Assembly: GCF_963921235.1 (NCBI RefSeq)
Contig: NC_086106.1
Span: forward strand, 49,786,001-49,850,000
DNA: 64,000 nucleotides
Origin: Mobula hypostoma
Lineage: Eukaryota
Direction of reading: 5' to 3'
A model generated the notes under the pieces. It did no database searches. It worked only from the letters and a program-made list of their open reading frames with translations, and was not told the DNA's origin. Shown piece after piece: positions 38,224 to 51,930 of this stretch (the stretch's first letter is position 1; every line of letters begins with the position of its first letter). A program made the position numbers and the translations under genes.

Positions 38224-40344
38224 TCCCAGCTTGCAATTGAAGTTGCTGTTGAATTTCCTGCAGGAGTGATTAGTGACAATCTTGTGTTTATGGGCTCTAG
38301 TGCTGACGTGAAAGTTTTCTTTTGCTTCCTTTGCTGTCTGTAGCTCATTACCTGGCATCATCTTGTTCACATTGTGCAAACTCTCTTCTTGTTATTTTCT
38401 AACAAGAGTTACCACAGCCACAGCTCCAAGAGGTATATAACAGCTGATGTTGTAACAAATTACAGGGGTAGAAGCCCAAACATTTCAGCACTCTGTACCA
38501 ACAGTAGATGAGTTGTCTTAGAGTTAAGCATTTTTGCCACTGATTCCAGGCAATGGCTCAGCTGAAAATACCACCAAATACTACCATCATTGCAGTAGGA
38601 GGTTTTGAACTCAACTTTTAAATAACTGGAAGCAAACATTGATTATTAGTTAAATAGTGAATAAGAGTGTGGTAAAACACAAGAGTGTATGTTGTGTTGG
38701 TTGAAGGGAAGTCACTTTTCATGAAAGTGGTGCTGTGGGATTTCCAGCTTTAGTATCTCCTACCTGGTGGTAGCTGTGGGAAGATGAAATGGCCTGAATG
38801 GTGGGGATCTCTGATGAGACATTTGGCTTTTAAGACAGCACATTATGTAGATATTTTGGATGGTGGGGAGGGACGTAGCTGTGATGTACGGGGCTGAATC
38901 CACAGCTCTCAGCAGCTTTGTTGCATTCCTTCACATGCGAATTGTGTTTTTAGCTTCCTTCACGGGATGTGGGTGCTGCAGGCTGAGCCCGCATTTAGTT
39001 GCCCTTGAGAAGTGGTGATGGCTTCCTTTGCGAACTACTGCAGTCTTTGTGGGGGTGGGGGGAGGGTATACCCACAATGCTGACAGGGAGGGAGAGAGTG
39101 AGTTCCAGGATTTTGACTAAATGACTGGTTAGGAGTAGCAATATATTTCCAAGTCAGAATAGTATCTGATTTGGAGGGCAACTTCCGTATGGGGCCTTCC
39201 TTTTCCTGTCCTTGTCCTTCTAAACCATAGACATTGTGGGTTTGGAAGGTGCCATCTAAGCAGTCTTGGTGAGGTGCTGCAGTGCCTTCTGGAGATCTTG
39301 AACAAAATGCCTCGGTACTGGATTGAGTGAACAGGGTACCTATCAAATGGACTGTTTTGTCTTACTTAGTACCGAGCTTCCTGCGTGTTATTGAAACTGA
39401 ATTCCAGACAAGTGCAAAGTATTCTATTACACTGCTGATTTGAGCCTTGTAGATGGTCAACAGAGAGATTTGGTGAGTTAGGAAATGAACTGCTCATCAC
39501 AGGATTCCTAGCTTCTGACCTACTCTTATAACCACGCTGTGTATATTGCTACACTAGGTCAGTGCGATTCAGTGATGGTAATATCATTGAATGTAAGAAT
39601 GGATGACTAGATTTTCTCACACTGTATGTCATAATTGCCTGGCATGTGTGGTGCAAATGTTACTTGTCACCTATCAATCCAGGCCAGATGCCATGCAGAC
39701 AGCCCCAGAGCTCAGGATTGAACCCAAGTTGTTGGACCTGTGAGGCAGCAACCCTACTAGCCGCCCATGAATGGCCCAGGTCTTTAGATACTAATCCAGT
39801 TATGTAAACACAACGCTACTGCTCTGGCCTCGATAGGTGCAGTTTATTTTGTATGAGCATCACTTCCAAAGACTTAGTGGAATGATTATTTGACCTTTAG
39901 TTTCAGTAGTTAAGTTTGATCTCCTATGGATGGCAGGTGGGAAGTGTTCTGGCCTCATTTTGTATGAGCATCACTTCCTGTACGTAGGCTGTTTTTATAA
40001 CACTTCCTGTACGTAAGGTCTGTAAGATTGAGAGTAGACTGGCAGTAATTGACCCAAATGGATATGTCTTCCTTCTTGTGATCAGCACATACTGTACCTG
40101 GACTATTTCCCACTTTTACAGATAGGCATTAGTTTTGTAAATGTAGTTGACCAGTTTGGGTGGAGGTACAGATGGTTTTGGAGTGCTTTATTCTTCATTA
40201 TTCACATACTGCCTTGGAAAACAAGAATGATCTTGTAGTTTCTTTCTATTAGCTGTTTAATTGTCCACCACCATTAGCAACAAACGTGGCAGCATTTTGA
40301 TCTGATCACTGGCTGTGTGATCCTTTAATTCTGTCTGTTCTATA

Positions 40345-41109
40345 TGTTACGTACCCCGTAACTGGGTTGCCAAACCAGCAGAAATGGACCACTTAGTTGG
40401 AGTCTGGATTACTGGAACTAAGAAAGTTTTATTAAAGAAATAAGCAACACAGTACTCTAATCAAAAGGATATAAATGCAACAGTTCAGCAATGATAAAAC
40501 ACACATGTACACAGAACTAGAATAATAGGATCAATCAAGCTCTATCCGTTGGGTCGGGGAGAAGAAAGAGAGCGAAAGCAAATGAATGTTCAAAAATGGA
40601 TTCCAAACAGACCTTCGATATTCCTCGCAGTTAGCTTTCGGGCGAGCCCTTTGTAATGTCCTCTGAGGTCACCGACTGTGGCCCCTCCATTCCAGATACG
40701 ATCGTTCTTCTGCGGTGAACCCGACACTCAGGCAAGGGCGGACACACACACCGGGTTCCCACCTGACCGTATCTTTCCACCCTGTTCGTCTATGGCTGGT
40801 CCCGCGCGCCAGACCTCGAAAAGTCCCACCGACTTGTGGGGGCGCACCGCTTCCAGGGTCTCGTTACCTCATAGTGTCGTGTGTGTATGTTGCCTTAGCG
40901 AACCTGTCCCTTTTTATCCCCCTGCTGGGGTATCGCCTGTCCATCAAACTTCAAACAGTTCAGGGTTCAAAGCCACCGGTCTCTGACAATACTTGGAACC
41001 GTGTCTCCCTTTGGTAATCTCTCTCGTCTCTCTCTTATTAGCACCTTGCATGTTCCCCCATTGTCCTCTTATCGGCATCAATCTTCTGATAACTGGTTCT
41101 TTTGTCACA
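40345..41109 (-). mobile_element. solo LTR (Gypsy-like)
   Basis: TGTTAC..GTCACA termini; 4-bp TSD tata/tatg; AATAAA on the reverse strand near 40430; CpG-rich. Confidence 0.75.
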
Positions 41110-41518
41110 TATGCTATTTTTGCTGTTGTGGCAGCTTCACCAGGTTTCCCACCCCGTTCCCTCCCCCCTCTGCCTTATTAGGTTGCTCCAAGCTCACTTA
41201 TTTGCATTCCTCATTATACTAGAGCTGGATCTCTCCGCTTGATAGCAAGGATAAAGTGAGATACATATCTCACTTTGTGCTGGTAGATATTTCCGCTTCT
41301 GCTGGTGGTCCATAGTGCTTTATGGATGCCCAGTTTTGATCCCCAGATATGTCATTGGTCTACTTCTTTCAGCATGTTGTATCTCCACACAGTTGCCCTC
41401 ACATGTCACCTCAGAAAATGAAATAGTTGTCTCCATAGGAGTGAACAACAGGTACATCTCCCTCTGGTGCCAAGGGCAGATGCCACAGGTAGACAGGTGA
41501 GGACAAGGTCAGGTAGAC

Positions 41519-42722
41519 CAGCGGTCCCCAACCACTGGGCCGCGGACCGCTACCGGGCCGCGAGCAAGCGATATGATTTGGTCAGCTGCACTTTTCCTCA
41601 TTCCCTGTCACGGCCACTGATCAGCCATTACACATGCGAGGTCATGACCTGCACGTCATCCGTGTCAGGGCAGCAAGACAGTCAACTGCTCGAGCTTGCA
41701 AATGACGACGGGCTGAAAAGTATGTTTGACATAACATCTCTGTCGGCATTTTGGATCAAAGTCAAGGCTAAATATCCTGAGATAGCCACGAAAGCACTGA
41801 AAACGTTGCTTCCATTTCCAACATTTTTCTGCTAAGCAGAGTTTGCTGCACTGCATGCAACGAAAACTAAATTGCGGATTAGACTGGACATAAGGAACCC
41901 CCTTCGAGTATCGATGTCTCCCATCACTCCTCAATAGGACGGTGTTGTTGCAGGGAAACAAGCCCAGGGCTCCCACTGATTCAGCAATATTGGTGTGTTG
42001 CAATGATTTTATATATTCATACGGGGAAAATATGTGCTGTGTGTTTAATATCCAAATATTACTTAAAATGTTATGATGCTATTGACTTATAAGTGACCTA
42101 TATAACCATATAACAATTACAGCACGGAAACAGGCCATCTCGGCCCTTCTAGTCCGTGCCGAACTTTACTCTCACCTAGTCCCGCCGACCTGCACTCAGC
42201 CCATAACCCTCCGTTCCTTTCCTGTCCATATACCTATCCAATTTTTCTTCAGATAATAATATCGAACCTGCTTCTGCCACTTCTACTGGAAGTTCGTTCA
42301 ACACTTCAAGCTCCCCTGATAATTGACTTATCATTATATCCATGTGAGGAAAATATGCGCTGTGTGTTTAATATTAAATTTGTTAGATAAACCCTTTTAG
42401 AAACAAAATTGTGTATTACCCACTTATCACCTATATTCCGGTAGTGATTAACACCCACCCCCATGAACAGAATCACCAAAAAGGATTTGTGGGGCGGGGG
42501 GGAGGGGGTTGGGGGGAGGGAAATTGGCAGGTCACAACGTGCATGTGCATTGGTGCCCACGCAAGGCCTCATGGTCATTGTAGTCTTTTGGGTAAACAAC
42601 GCGTTTGACTGCTACTCTTGTTCGTTGGCAACCCTACCCCCCCCCCCACCCGGTCGGCCGGTCCGCAAGAATATTGTCAATATTAAACCAGTCCGCAGTG
42701 CAAAAAAGGTTCGGGACCCCTG
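41519..42722 (+). mobile_element. non-autonomous hAT (Charlie/Buster) element with transposase C-terminal remnant
   Basis: TIR cagcggtccccaacc / ggttcgggacccctg; perfect 8-bp TSD aggtagac; FWIKVKAKYPEIATKALKTLLPFPT..TKTKLRIRLDI..KQAQGSH*. Confidence 0.93.
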
Positions 42723-43126
42723 AGGTAGACTTATCCAACGAGATGGTTCGCAGTCCCTGTCTTACAGTCTAGGTAGTGTAGGCTTTATCAATCCAATCAG
42801 CAGCAGACATTGAATTTCACAGCCTGGAGTATATTCTGAATCCTTGCTGCCTTCAGAGTTGGCCAACGTGGTAGCCCACTGAGAAAGGACAGCAACTATG
42901 GAAAAGAGTACAGTCGCCATTTTGGGCCGAGACCCTTCAGCAGGATGTTGAGCAGGGACATACGTCATTTGCATCGAATCAGTTCAGTGAGGATTAGGCA
43001 GGGCAGCCCACAAGTGTTGCCACAGTTCTGGAACCAGCACTGCATGCCTACAATTCCCTAACCCTAGCCATACATCTTTTTGTTTGGAACACGGAGGAAA
43101 CTAGAAAACCCGGAAGAACCCATGCG

Positions 43127-43658
43127 TAGGGTTGCTAACTGTCCTGTATTAGCCGGGACATCCCATCTATTGGGCTAAGTTGGTTTGTCCCATACGGGAC
43201 CGCTCTTGTGCCATATTCCCCCGCTAAGGTAGAGCGTTCCTATGAAACTTCTCATGCCGGAATGGCATAAAGCGCAGAAGCAATTACCATTAATTTATAT
43301 GGGAAAAATTCTTGAGCGTTCCCAGACCCAAAAAATAACCTACCAAATCATACCAAACAACACATAAAACCTAAAATAACAATAGCATATAGTAAAAGCA
43401 GGAATGATATGATAAATACACAGCCTATATAAAGTAGAAATAATGTACGTACAGTGTAGTTTCACTGAACAGAGTCACCAGAAACGATTTGTAGAAAAAA
43501 AATCAGCACATACATGCATGCACACATCACGCATGCGCACACAGGTGCACACGCAAGGCTTCATAGTCATGGTAGTCTTTCTCGGGGTAAATACAAGTGT
43601 CCCGTATTTGATTGCTACTTTTGTCCCTTATTTGGGAGTGAGAAAGTTGGCAACCCTA
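43127..43658. mobile_element. hAT (Blackjack-like) MITE inserted in a reverse-strand V-SINE
   Basis: TIR tagggttgc(t/c)aact; TSD cccatgcg/cccacaca, both CpG-decayed from SINE cccacgcg. Confidence 0.85.
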
Positions 43659-45150
43659 CCCACACAGTCACGGGGAGAATGTACAAACTCCTTAGAGACA
43701 GTGGCAGGGGCCAAACACCAATCTTACAGCTGGCATGATAAAGTGTGGCACTAACTGTTACACTTCAAGGTGCCGGTGATTCAACCCAAGGTCCCAGTAC
43801 TTCAGTGGAAGCTTGACCTACTGCTGTGCCAGCTGATGTTGTAGGCACAGTGTTCGAGGCAGCTGGCAGTCCAGCTTTCCGTTCTCCAACAGATCCCTAA
43901 GATTTTTGTAAAATAAAAAGAAAGGGGAGTGCCAGTGCTGAAAGTCAGCAACCTCCCACCAGCTATGTTACAGCTGCAGAGGTAGTACAGTGTAGAGATG
44001 TAAACGGGCTGAATGGAGGAAATCATCAGTGTGCATGGGTAACTGGTTGGGATTTTGATTTATAAATTTACTACTTTGCGTCAGGTGTTTGTTTAGGCAA
44101 AGGAAGCTCTGCAGTTGTCTATAGTAAAGGCAATGTGATATTTTGGACTATTTGTGCCTGTGACATTGTGTCTGTTCTAATGGAAGTGGATAACACGCCG
44201 TTGGGTAATACAGACATCTTCAGAGTCTGCCCAGGAGAGCTCATCATAATAACGTTTCTCAGCCGTGGTGACTGTAATGATGTTCTTCCTCCTCTTCTGT
44301 TGTGGCAATTATGGCTGGGAATCTCAGTCCATATTAATGTTGGGACCCTGCTTCTCACTGAGGCTCAGCTTCGAAAGTTGCTTCCTGATATTCCCATGTG
44401 AATATGCCTTTCTCACAATCCTTCAGCCTCCACTTTCTGTTTCTTCCAGCCCAATGATTTCTTCTGTCCACACTCTGCTCATTCTCCCCGCTGTATATTA
44501 AGGGTAATGCCTCTTAATGGTTTGCTAAAAGCTTGAAGCCAAGGTAAAGATTTTTGGTACCTGGCTCTCCCGTCAATCCACATCAACATTACAGATCACT
44601 GGATTGTACCAGGGCTTTGAAGACAGACAGAAACACTCAAATGGAATCAGGTCAACACTTGACCTGAAAGTAACTGCTGATCCCTATTAATACTGTTGAT
44701 GTGATTCTCGCCCTGGTACAGAATGAGCTCTCAGCTAAACTCCAGTTTATCAGCACTGTGCACATTGCACATGGAGTAAAATTATGATCTGTCTGCTCAC
44801 CCTCCTACCTGCAGACATTAGATTTATGTACTAATCTCTTTACACATATAGCACCTGCTATGATTTATCCTACAAGTACCTGGATGCACTGGTTTGTAAA
44901 TTGGAACCAAATCAACATCCACGGGGCCTGAAGAATGAGCACCATAGTGTTGAATTTTTGAGCCATTGTTTCCCTGCTAATTCATTGCTATGACACCCAA
45001 AACAGAAATCATTACCTGCAGTCAAAGTGCAAGCAATTTATTTGATATATTCTACAAACGTATTTGAACTTGTTTCTTTTTGGCCACTTTTGGAATTACA
45101 GGATACACTCGGTCAATGGAGGCAGAATTAATGGAGTCTCAGTGAATTAG

Positions 45151-45324
45151 TAACAAACACAAAATGCTCAAGATACTCCACAAGTCAGGTGGCATCTATG
45201 GAAATGAATAAACAGTCGACGTTTCGAGCTGACACCCTTCTTCATTTCCACAGAAACACAAAATGCTTCTCCAGCACTTTGTGTTTCTTGCTCTGGATTT
45301 CCAGTGCCTGCAGAATTTCTCGTG
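45151..45324. mobile_element. fold-back Penelope-derived mini-element
   Basis: 12-bp TSD tcagtgaatwag (45139-45150 / 45325-45336); hammerhead remnant 45214-45244 (-). Confidence 0.8.
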
Positions 45325-45829
45325 TCAGTGAATAAGCAGCCTTGTTTTATAGGAAACTAGACACATCAAAATTATTCGGCAGTTCACCATGAACTTGTTT
45401 TTGGCTACATGCAAAGACCAGTGCAATTACTGTATGTTTATCTTATATACTTTTAATAAAATACCATCTTGCTTAAATGATGAATAAAGGCTATATATAT
45501 TTTTCATTACAGAAATATCACAATTTGATAGGTTGCGGTAGATTTTCTAGTCTCTGGCTGACTTCCTTCATGCCTCTCTCTTGGTTCCAGTGTGGCAAAA
45601 GATGAAGTTTTCCCCTTGTCCCTTCCACCTGAACATAACAATACTGTGTTGTTTTCTAACTATTACCCCACTGACCTTGTTCACTCAGTTTTCCTCCAAC
45701 TCACTTTCAGCAGCTCTTCCTTGCATAACATACTGATCATGAAATTGATCCTAAATGCATTGCTTTACGGTTACACTATTATAATCCCAGTCTACATTTG
45801 GAGAGTTTATTGCTTTTAATTTAATTCAG

Positions 45830-46135
45830 GTATTGGTTTTCCAAAGGCTGAAATCAAGATAAAGGTTTTCAAAACCTCGATCACACAAAGCAGAAGAGGA
45901 AACTGACCTTTGAAAATACTGATAAGAGAGGGAAGGGAAGACGTTCCTGGTGTTGGAACTTGTTGGAGGTGTGAATAGATTGTGAAGAATGGTTCTTTGA
46001 ATGAACTGGTGAGCTGGAAGATGAGGACCAGGGGAACTCTGTAGTTATTCTGTCCAGGAGAGAAGGAGTAAGAGCAGAGGTGCAGAAAAGACTCAGTTCT
46101 CCATGACGGCAAAGAAGCCACCGTTCAGGAAGAAT
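45830..46135 (-). mobile_element. old Penelope fragment
   Basis: QNNYRVPLVLIF resembles RNRVPLVLSY of the 10 kb element. Confidence 0.55.
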
Positions 46136-47310
46136 GCTTTGCATCTGTTTTTACCATCAAAGAAGATGCCTCCATACTTGCAGTAAAATGGGAGGTAGCA
46201 AATATATTGGATAAGCTACTGGTGAGACAGCAGTTTTGAATGGGTAGCTTGTAAAATTATTGAGCAACATAGGGTTGGAAATTGCAAAAGGAGTTCACAT
46301 AATTGAAGAATGCCTTGGGGTTTTCCTTTACCCTACTCGCCAAGGCCTTCTCATGCCCCCTTCTTGCTCATCACCATTATCTTCCAATTCTTAGTCTGAG
46401 GGCTGTGCCAAGGAATAGAAGAAAGAATAGACCAACAATAGGTCAATCAACTTAATATTAATGGTAAGGAAACCAGCAGCAACAAAATGCAGTCACTAGT
46501 ATGAGTGCAAGTTAGTGCAAGAAACCAGCTCTGGTTTAGCAAAAGCAAGTAGTGCTTAACTAACCTGAATGAACTTTCTGACGAGAATACAACTGAGGTT
46601 CTGTATACGGACCTCCAGAGGCAATCTTAAATCCCATGCCTATAACACACTTGTAAAAAAGTTAGAATTCAAAGGCAGCATAAATAAAATATCATCACAA
46701 ATCGAGAGTCCTACACTGGGCCGATCTAGTGCATTTCATTGTCATGGTAGGATCATGTTTTCTTTGAAAAATATTAATCATTTGGAGTCCAATGAATAAT
46801 TTCACAACTTGCTGGAAACATAGGAGAACATTAAAACACTTCAAGAAGATACTGACAGGCTGGAAAGGGCTGCAAATGAAATTTCATGGAAAAATATGTG
46901 TAGCGTTATTAATAATTACAATAATAAAATAACCAAATAAGGCAGGCCGAGGGAAGTTATTTCTTACAGTGATAAATCATGAACAAGGGAAAAGAATATT
47001 AAAATCTGGAGCTACTATAAATTAGGTTAGCTGAAATCAGGAAGCATTTTTGCACATTTAATAGAGGTTTCAAAAGATCGAAATGCTGGTCATTTGGGGC
47101 TTTTGAAACTCAAATGATATATCTTTGTATTAGGTGAGCGTGTCAAGAAATATTGATAACAGGCTCGTAAATAAGAATGAACAATAGAATAAAGATACAA
47201 CAATTGGCAAAACAAATAAAACTCCTGAAAGCCTCCAGTGACACCAAATGGCCCTTTAGTTCCAGTGTAACAACGGGAGGTCATAAACATGAGAAGATTT
47301 GGAACTCCAA

Positions 47311-48495
47311 AGCAACATGCACAAAATGCTGGAGGAGTGCAACGGGTCAGGCAGCATCATGGATATGAACAGGTAGCTGATACCTTTCTTCAGGACTGTA
47401 AAGTAAGGGGGAAAACACCAGAATAAAAAAGTGGAGGGAGGGGAAGGAGGCTAGCTGGAGGGTGATAGGTATAGCCAGGTGGGTGGGAATGGTTCATGGG
47501 CTGGAGGAGGAGGAATCTAATGAGACAGGAGAGTGGACCATAGGAGAAAGGGAAGGAAGATGGGACCAGGAGAAGAAATAGGCAGGTGAAAAGAAGTAAA
47601 GGTTTCAAAGGTTCCAAAGGTACATTTAAATTATTTTTCTTTGCAAACATCCACAAAAGCAGAGTGCCCCAAAGAATGAATGACAGTAAAATGTAAGAAC
47701 CCTAAAGACTCCCAGCTCCCCTCTCCCACGCATCAGCAGCAGCAAAGCAATGCCCCCCCAAACAGCAAAAAAGCTACAGCACCATCCACCGAGCACTCAA
47801 GCATGCAGCAAGCATCAATAAAGACACAGGCTTGCAGTACCTCAAAGACTACTCTTTCACCTGGTAATTCGACATACCACAGGCTCCCTCTCTCCCTAAT
47901 AACGGAAAAAGAGATGTCTCTATTTCACAGCGAGAGGATAGACTTAACAAACAACAATGTTAAAGCTCTGTTGCGTCACTTTTTCCAAGCTCTGTGCCCA
48001 AAGAACTCGAGTCTCTGGGCACACAGCCAGCAGCCAACTTGCTGCTTTCAATCTTCTGTCTCCCACGACACACAAATTTCTTGCGGAGACACCGAACTCG
48101 AGTCCACCCACCTCAGAATGGGGAATGGAGGAAGGGTGGGGGGGGGGATTTTTTTTTACCAGAAGGAGAGGTAGACATTCATGCCATCAGGTTGGAGGCT
48201 ACCCAGGCAGAATATAAGGAATTGCTACATCACCCTGATGGTGGCCTCATATTGGCACTAGAAGACATCATGGATCAACACATCAGAATGGGAATAAGAA
48301 GCGGAATTTAAATGTTTGGCCACCGGGAAGTCTTGCTTGTGACAGATGTTGCAGATGTGCTCGACGAAGCGGTCCTCCAATTTGCGAAGGGTCTCACCAA
48401 TGTAGAGGAGCACCAAACACAATAGATGACCCTAGGTGAAGTGTTACCTCACCTAGAAGGACTGTTTGTGGCCCTGAACGGAGGTGAGGGTGGGG
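47311..48495 (-). mobile_element. Penelope 3' fragment (pLTR + GIY-YIG) split by a 47600-48112 insertion
   Basis: ttcatgccatcaggttggaggctaccca shared with 10206; pLTR at 47311. Confidence 0.85.
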
Positions 48496-49037
48496 ATGAT
48501 TGAAAAGAGAGGTAGATTTTTCACATTCATCATTTCAATGTGGAAATTGTAGCGATACACTGTTCCTGCAAATAGAATCATGGTTAATTACACACTGTAA
48601 TTTTATGAAAATGTGGACTCCATTGTCTTTTGTAAATGGTGTATTATTATTACTGATTTTGTACTAACAGTATTGGAACCTAATGGTACTTGCATGCCGA
48701 ATTCCCTGCTGCTGTGTATCATTTAGGACTAATGAAGGATTCCAAGATCCCAGGGCAATTTTGTACAATGTCTCCAGTCTACAATCATGTCTTAAAGTCT
48801 TGTGGTTCACAACTTTGGTCACCAAAGAGCCAGTACCGAAACTAGTGATATTGGCAAATGCATTACTTGTGATTGGTGCATCTGATCTGTTAGTTTAAAT
48901 CCGTGAAATAGAATTAATAGGACCTCATTTCAAAAACTACCAATCTTGATTAATATTTGTTTTTCAAGCACCATATTTATATACATGCAGATACACATTG
49001 TCTGTAATATTTTAATTGTCTCATTTAATTTTTGCAG

Positions 49038-49086
49038 TCTTTTCATTATGCTTCTCTGAGGTCAAAAACCAAGAAGAGACAAAAAG
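49038..49086 (+). CDS. CNKSR-family internal exon (49 bp, SFHYASLRSKTKKRQK-G), basic linker before PH domain
   Basis: ttttgcAG acceptor and AAG|GTAGG donor; phase 0 to phase 1, joining the 52518 exon in frame. Resembles the CNKSR2 segment TFQQSSLQHKSKKKNKG (recalled). Confidence 0.85.
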
Positions 49087-49679
49087 GTAGGAAACATGCA
49101 AAGAAGTCAATTATAAACTGTTTTATTTTAAGTCAGCTTCGTAAATAAAGACACAAAGTATTGAACCAGGTTATGTTTTGGTGGAGCTTATCAGTAGTTA
49201 TGGTGGTATGATAAAAGTTATTGGTTAGACCTCAACTGGAGTATCATAAATGTCAAGACCTTCAAAAGGGTGCTCAAGTATATTAGATTGGTGGTAAAGA
49301 TGAGCATATTATAAGTGAAAAGAAAGGAAAAGCCGGAATTGATCACATTAAATCAGAGAAAATTGAAGGGTTATTGAATAAAGATGTTCAAAATTACAAG
49401 CCCAGAAGACACAGACTGAAGTTAATTGGCAAAGAGCCAGGAAGAAGTAGCAAAATGTGCTACTATAATCTGTCAAACCACTATTTTCAAAAGAGCAATG
49501 GAATTGTGCAGGAAAATGAAAATAAGTTGTAGGGGCTATAGGAAAGAATAAGAGGAGGAGACCAATTGGAGAAAGAGCCAGCAGATATTGGTGTTTTGGC
49601 CTCCACACTTCCTAACCCTCCACATTACTCTATGATTTGAATTCTATCCTTCGCTGAAAAGCTATAAGCTATTATGTTA

Positions 49680-49872
49680 GGCAACACGCACAAAATGCTG
49701 GCAGAACTAGCAAGTCAGGCAGCATCTATGGAGATGAATAAACAGTCATCGTTACAGGCCAAAATGTTGACTGTTTGTTCACTTTCATAGGTGTTACCCG
49801 ATCTGCTGATTTCCTTCAGCTTTCTTGATGTGTTGCCTAGGATTTTCTAGTGTCTGCAGAATTCCTCGTGTT
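49680..49872. mobile_element. fold-back Penelope-derived mini-element
   Basis: Inverted arms ~49681-49748 / ~49768-49836; 15-bp TSD taagctattatrtta. Confidence 0.85.
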
Positions 49873-51401
49873 TAAGCTATTATATTATAAAGTAGAGACA
49901 TCTTTCACATTGTGGAATTGCATCCTTCAAGCTATTATTGAGTTAGCTGTCATTTTGCTGCATTTCTTGAAATTGTTAATGGTCTGTAATGTGCATTTGG
50001 TAATCTTATAAACATTCAAACAATATTTCTGCTGTTACTTTTTATGTAAGACTTGTGTACAGTGCAGTCTCAGAAATGAGAACAAATTAAATGATCCCTT
50101 TGAGCTTTGGTATCTGTAGTCATGCACAAATGGAATAACAAGAACGGAGAGAGATTGAAAGCTTCACTGCACAAAAGCACGCTGCTTCAATCCACTGCTC
50201 CTGACAGTATGAGTGTGCTTTCTTTCCCCTATTCCCCGGCTACAGAAACAACACCCAAAAGTTCAGCCAACCGCAGTTATCGCATTGCACTTACTGTAAG
50301 TTGTTTATTCAAATTATTTTATCTATAGGAAGTAGTTCAATATAATTGAGAAGTCTAAGCCCAGACTTTATCAAGCAACTTCCAACTCACTGCAACTCTT
50401 TCTAAGATAAACTGCTCCTAATTGTTCTTTTGGAAGCCCTTGCTCCACTTCAGATGATGCCCCTTGTCATTAATTCCTCCACAGCAGAAGTTTAACTGCC
50501 TATCAAATTTTGTTAAAAACCCTCAAACTACAGTTTTCAAAAGAAACTAAGCAAGATTCCCACAACCTTTATGTATCTGCACAACAACCCTGGAAGATCA
50601 TGCCGAAATACACAAAATATAAAGCCATTTGTAATATTGTTCAGTCTGTACATTTACTGTGTTATTCTGCATACGTAGCACTATTTTTTACTCAAGTGGT
50701 CTCACAGGAAGTTACAAACTTCCTATGTTTGAAAGGGCTTCTACACAGTGTATAGCCCCTCTATATCTAATGCCACAAAGACTTTACCCAGACTGCAGGC
50801 CTTCCTCACAAAGCCTTTGTGTTGGCCGCACCAAGCCTCAGTGTGTCCTTCAGCACATATTCCTGCAGCCTGGGATGTACCAGTCAGCAACATTTCCTTA
50901 CAGACTGAACTATGTTTTTCCAATGCTCTTCACATAGTTGCCAGCATATATATATATCTCTGTCTATCATCTTTAATGATTTGTGATATTCTCAACATTG
51001 AAATGCTCATAACAATTAGTTTCCCTCATAACAATTAGTTTCCCATGTGGAGGGAATCAATATTATCATATTGAATTCCCTTACATGCCTCAGCCAAAAT
51101 TCTTCTTAGTGTTGCAAATGTAAAAGCCCTTGCAAAAATCAATGAAACTTTATTGGTGTATGTGAAAGCAACAGACATGAGCATTAAATCAAAATATGCA
51201 CTGTTAAAAGCATATGAAGCACAAGGTGAAATGGGACGCAGAGTATGCTTCGTTACTGCCTGTATTTTTATGTTTTTTGTTTTAAATGATTTTTTAACTA
51301 GTGAATTCCAGTCTGAGACACCAACCCTTTAAGATAAGTGAGAATTGTTGATTTTGGGAATGTGTACTTTTTAATCCTTTTCTGAAAGGATGTAGGAAGA
51401 T

Positions 51402-51930
51402 ACATTCAGTGGTCATTCAGGAGGTACCAGAGAAACATGGCCCCTGAGTGTATTTCTGTATGTTCATGGTCTTCTGCTGCCACGATTCGCTTCAAGGTTC
51501 GACATGTTGTGCATTTAGAGATGCACACACTGTTGTAATGCATGGTCATTTCAATTATTGTCACCTTCCTGTCAACTTGACCATTCTCCTCTGACTTCTC
51601 TCATTAACAAGGCATTTTCACCCACAGAACTGCCACTCACTGGTTGATTTTTGTTTCCTGCACCATTTTCTGTAAATTCTAAGGACTGTTGTGCGTGAAA
51701 ATCCCAGGAGATAGGCAATTTCTGAGATAATCAAACCACTCTGTCTGGCACCAACAATCATTCCACGGTCAAAGTCACGTAGATCACGTTTCTTCCCCAT
51801 TCTGATGTTTGGTCTAAACAACAACTGAACCTCTTGACCATGCCTGCATGCTTTTAATGCATTGAGTTGCTGCCTCATGATTGGCTAATTAGATATTTGC
51901 ACGAACAAGCAGGTGAACAGGGGTACCTAA
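51402..51930 (-). mobile_element. Tc1-like transposon derivative with N-terminal HTH fragment
   Basis: MGKKRDLRDFDRGMIVGARQSGLIISEIAYLLGFSRTTV. Confidence 0.88.

Larger units (their letters stand above)
38960..42860 (-). mobile_element. ancient CR1/L2-type LINE, fragmented by later insertions
   Basis: Degenerate LINE-like sequence resumes on both sides of the LTR and hAT insertions. Confidence 0.5.

Noticed and set aside
41467-41835. ZBED5/SCAND3-like host gene
   Set aside because: Transposase remnant inside TIR/TSD with an in-frame stop.
42912-42946. functional hammerhead
   Set aside because: Core mutated (CUGCUGA, AAAA) and cleavage triplet lost.
44119-44501. overlapping short ORFs or a nested antisense gene
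   Set aside because: No long frame, motif or convincing splice pair.
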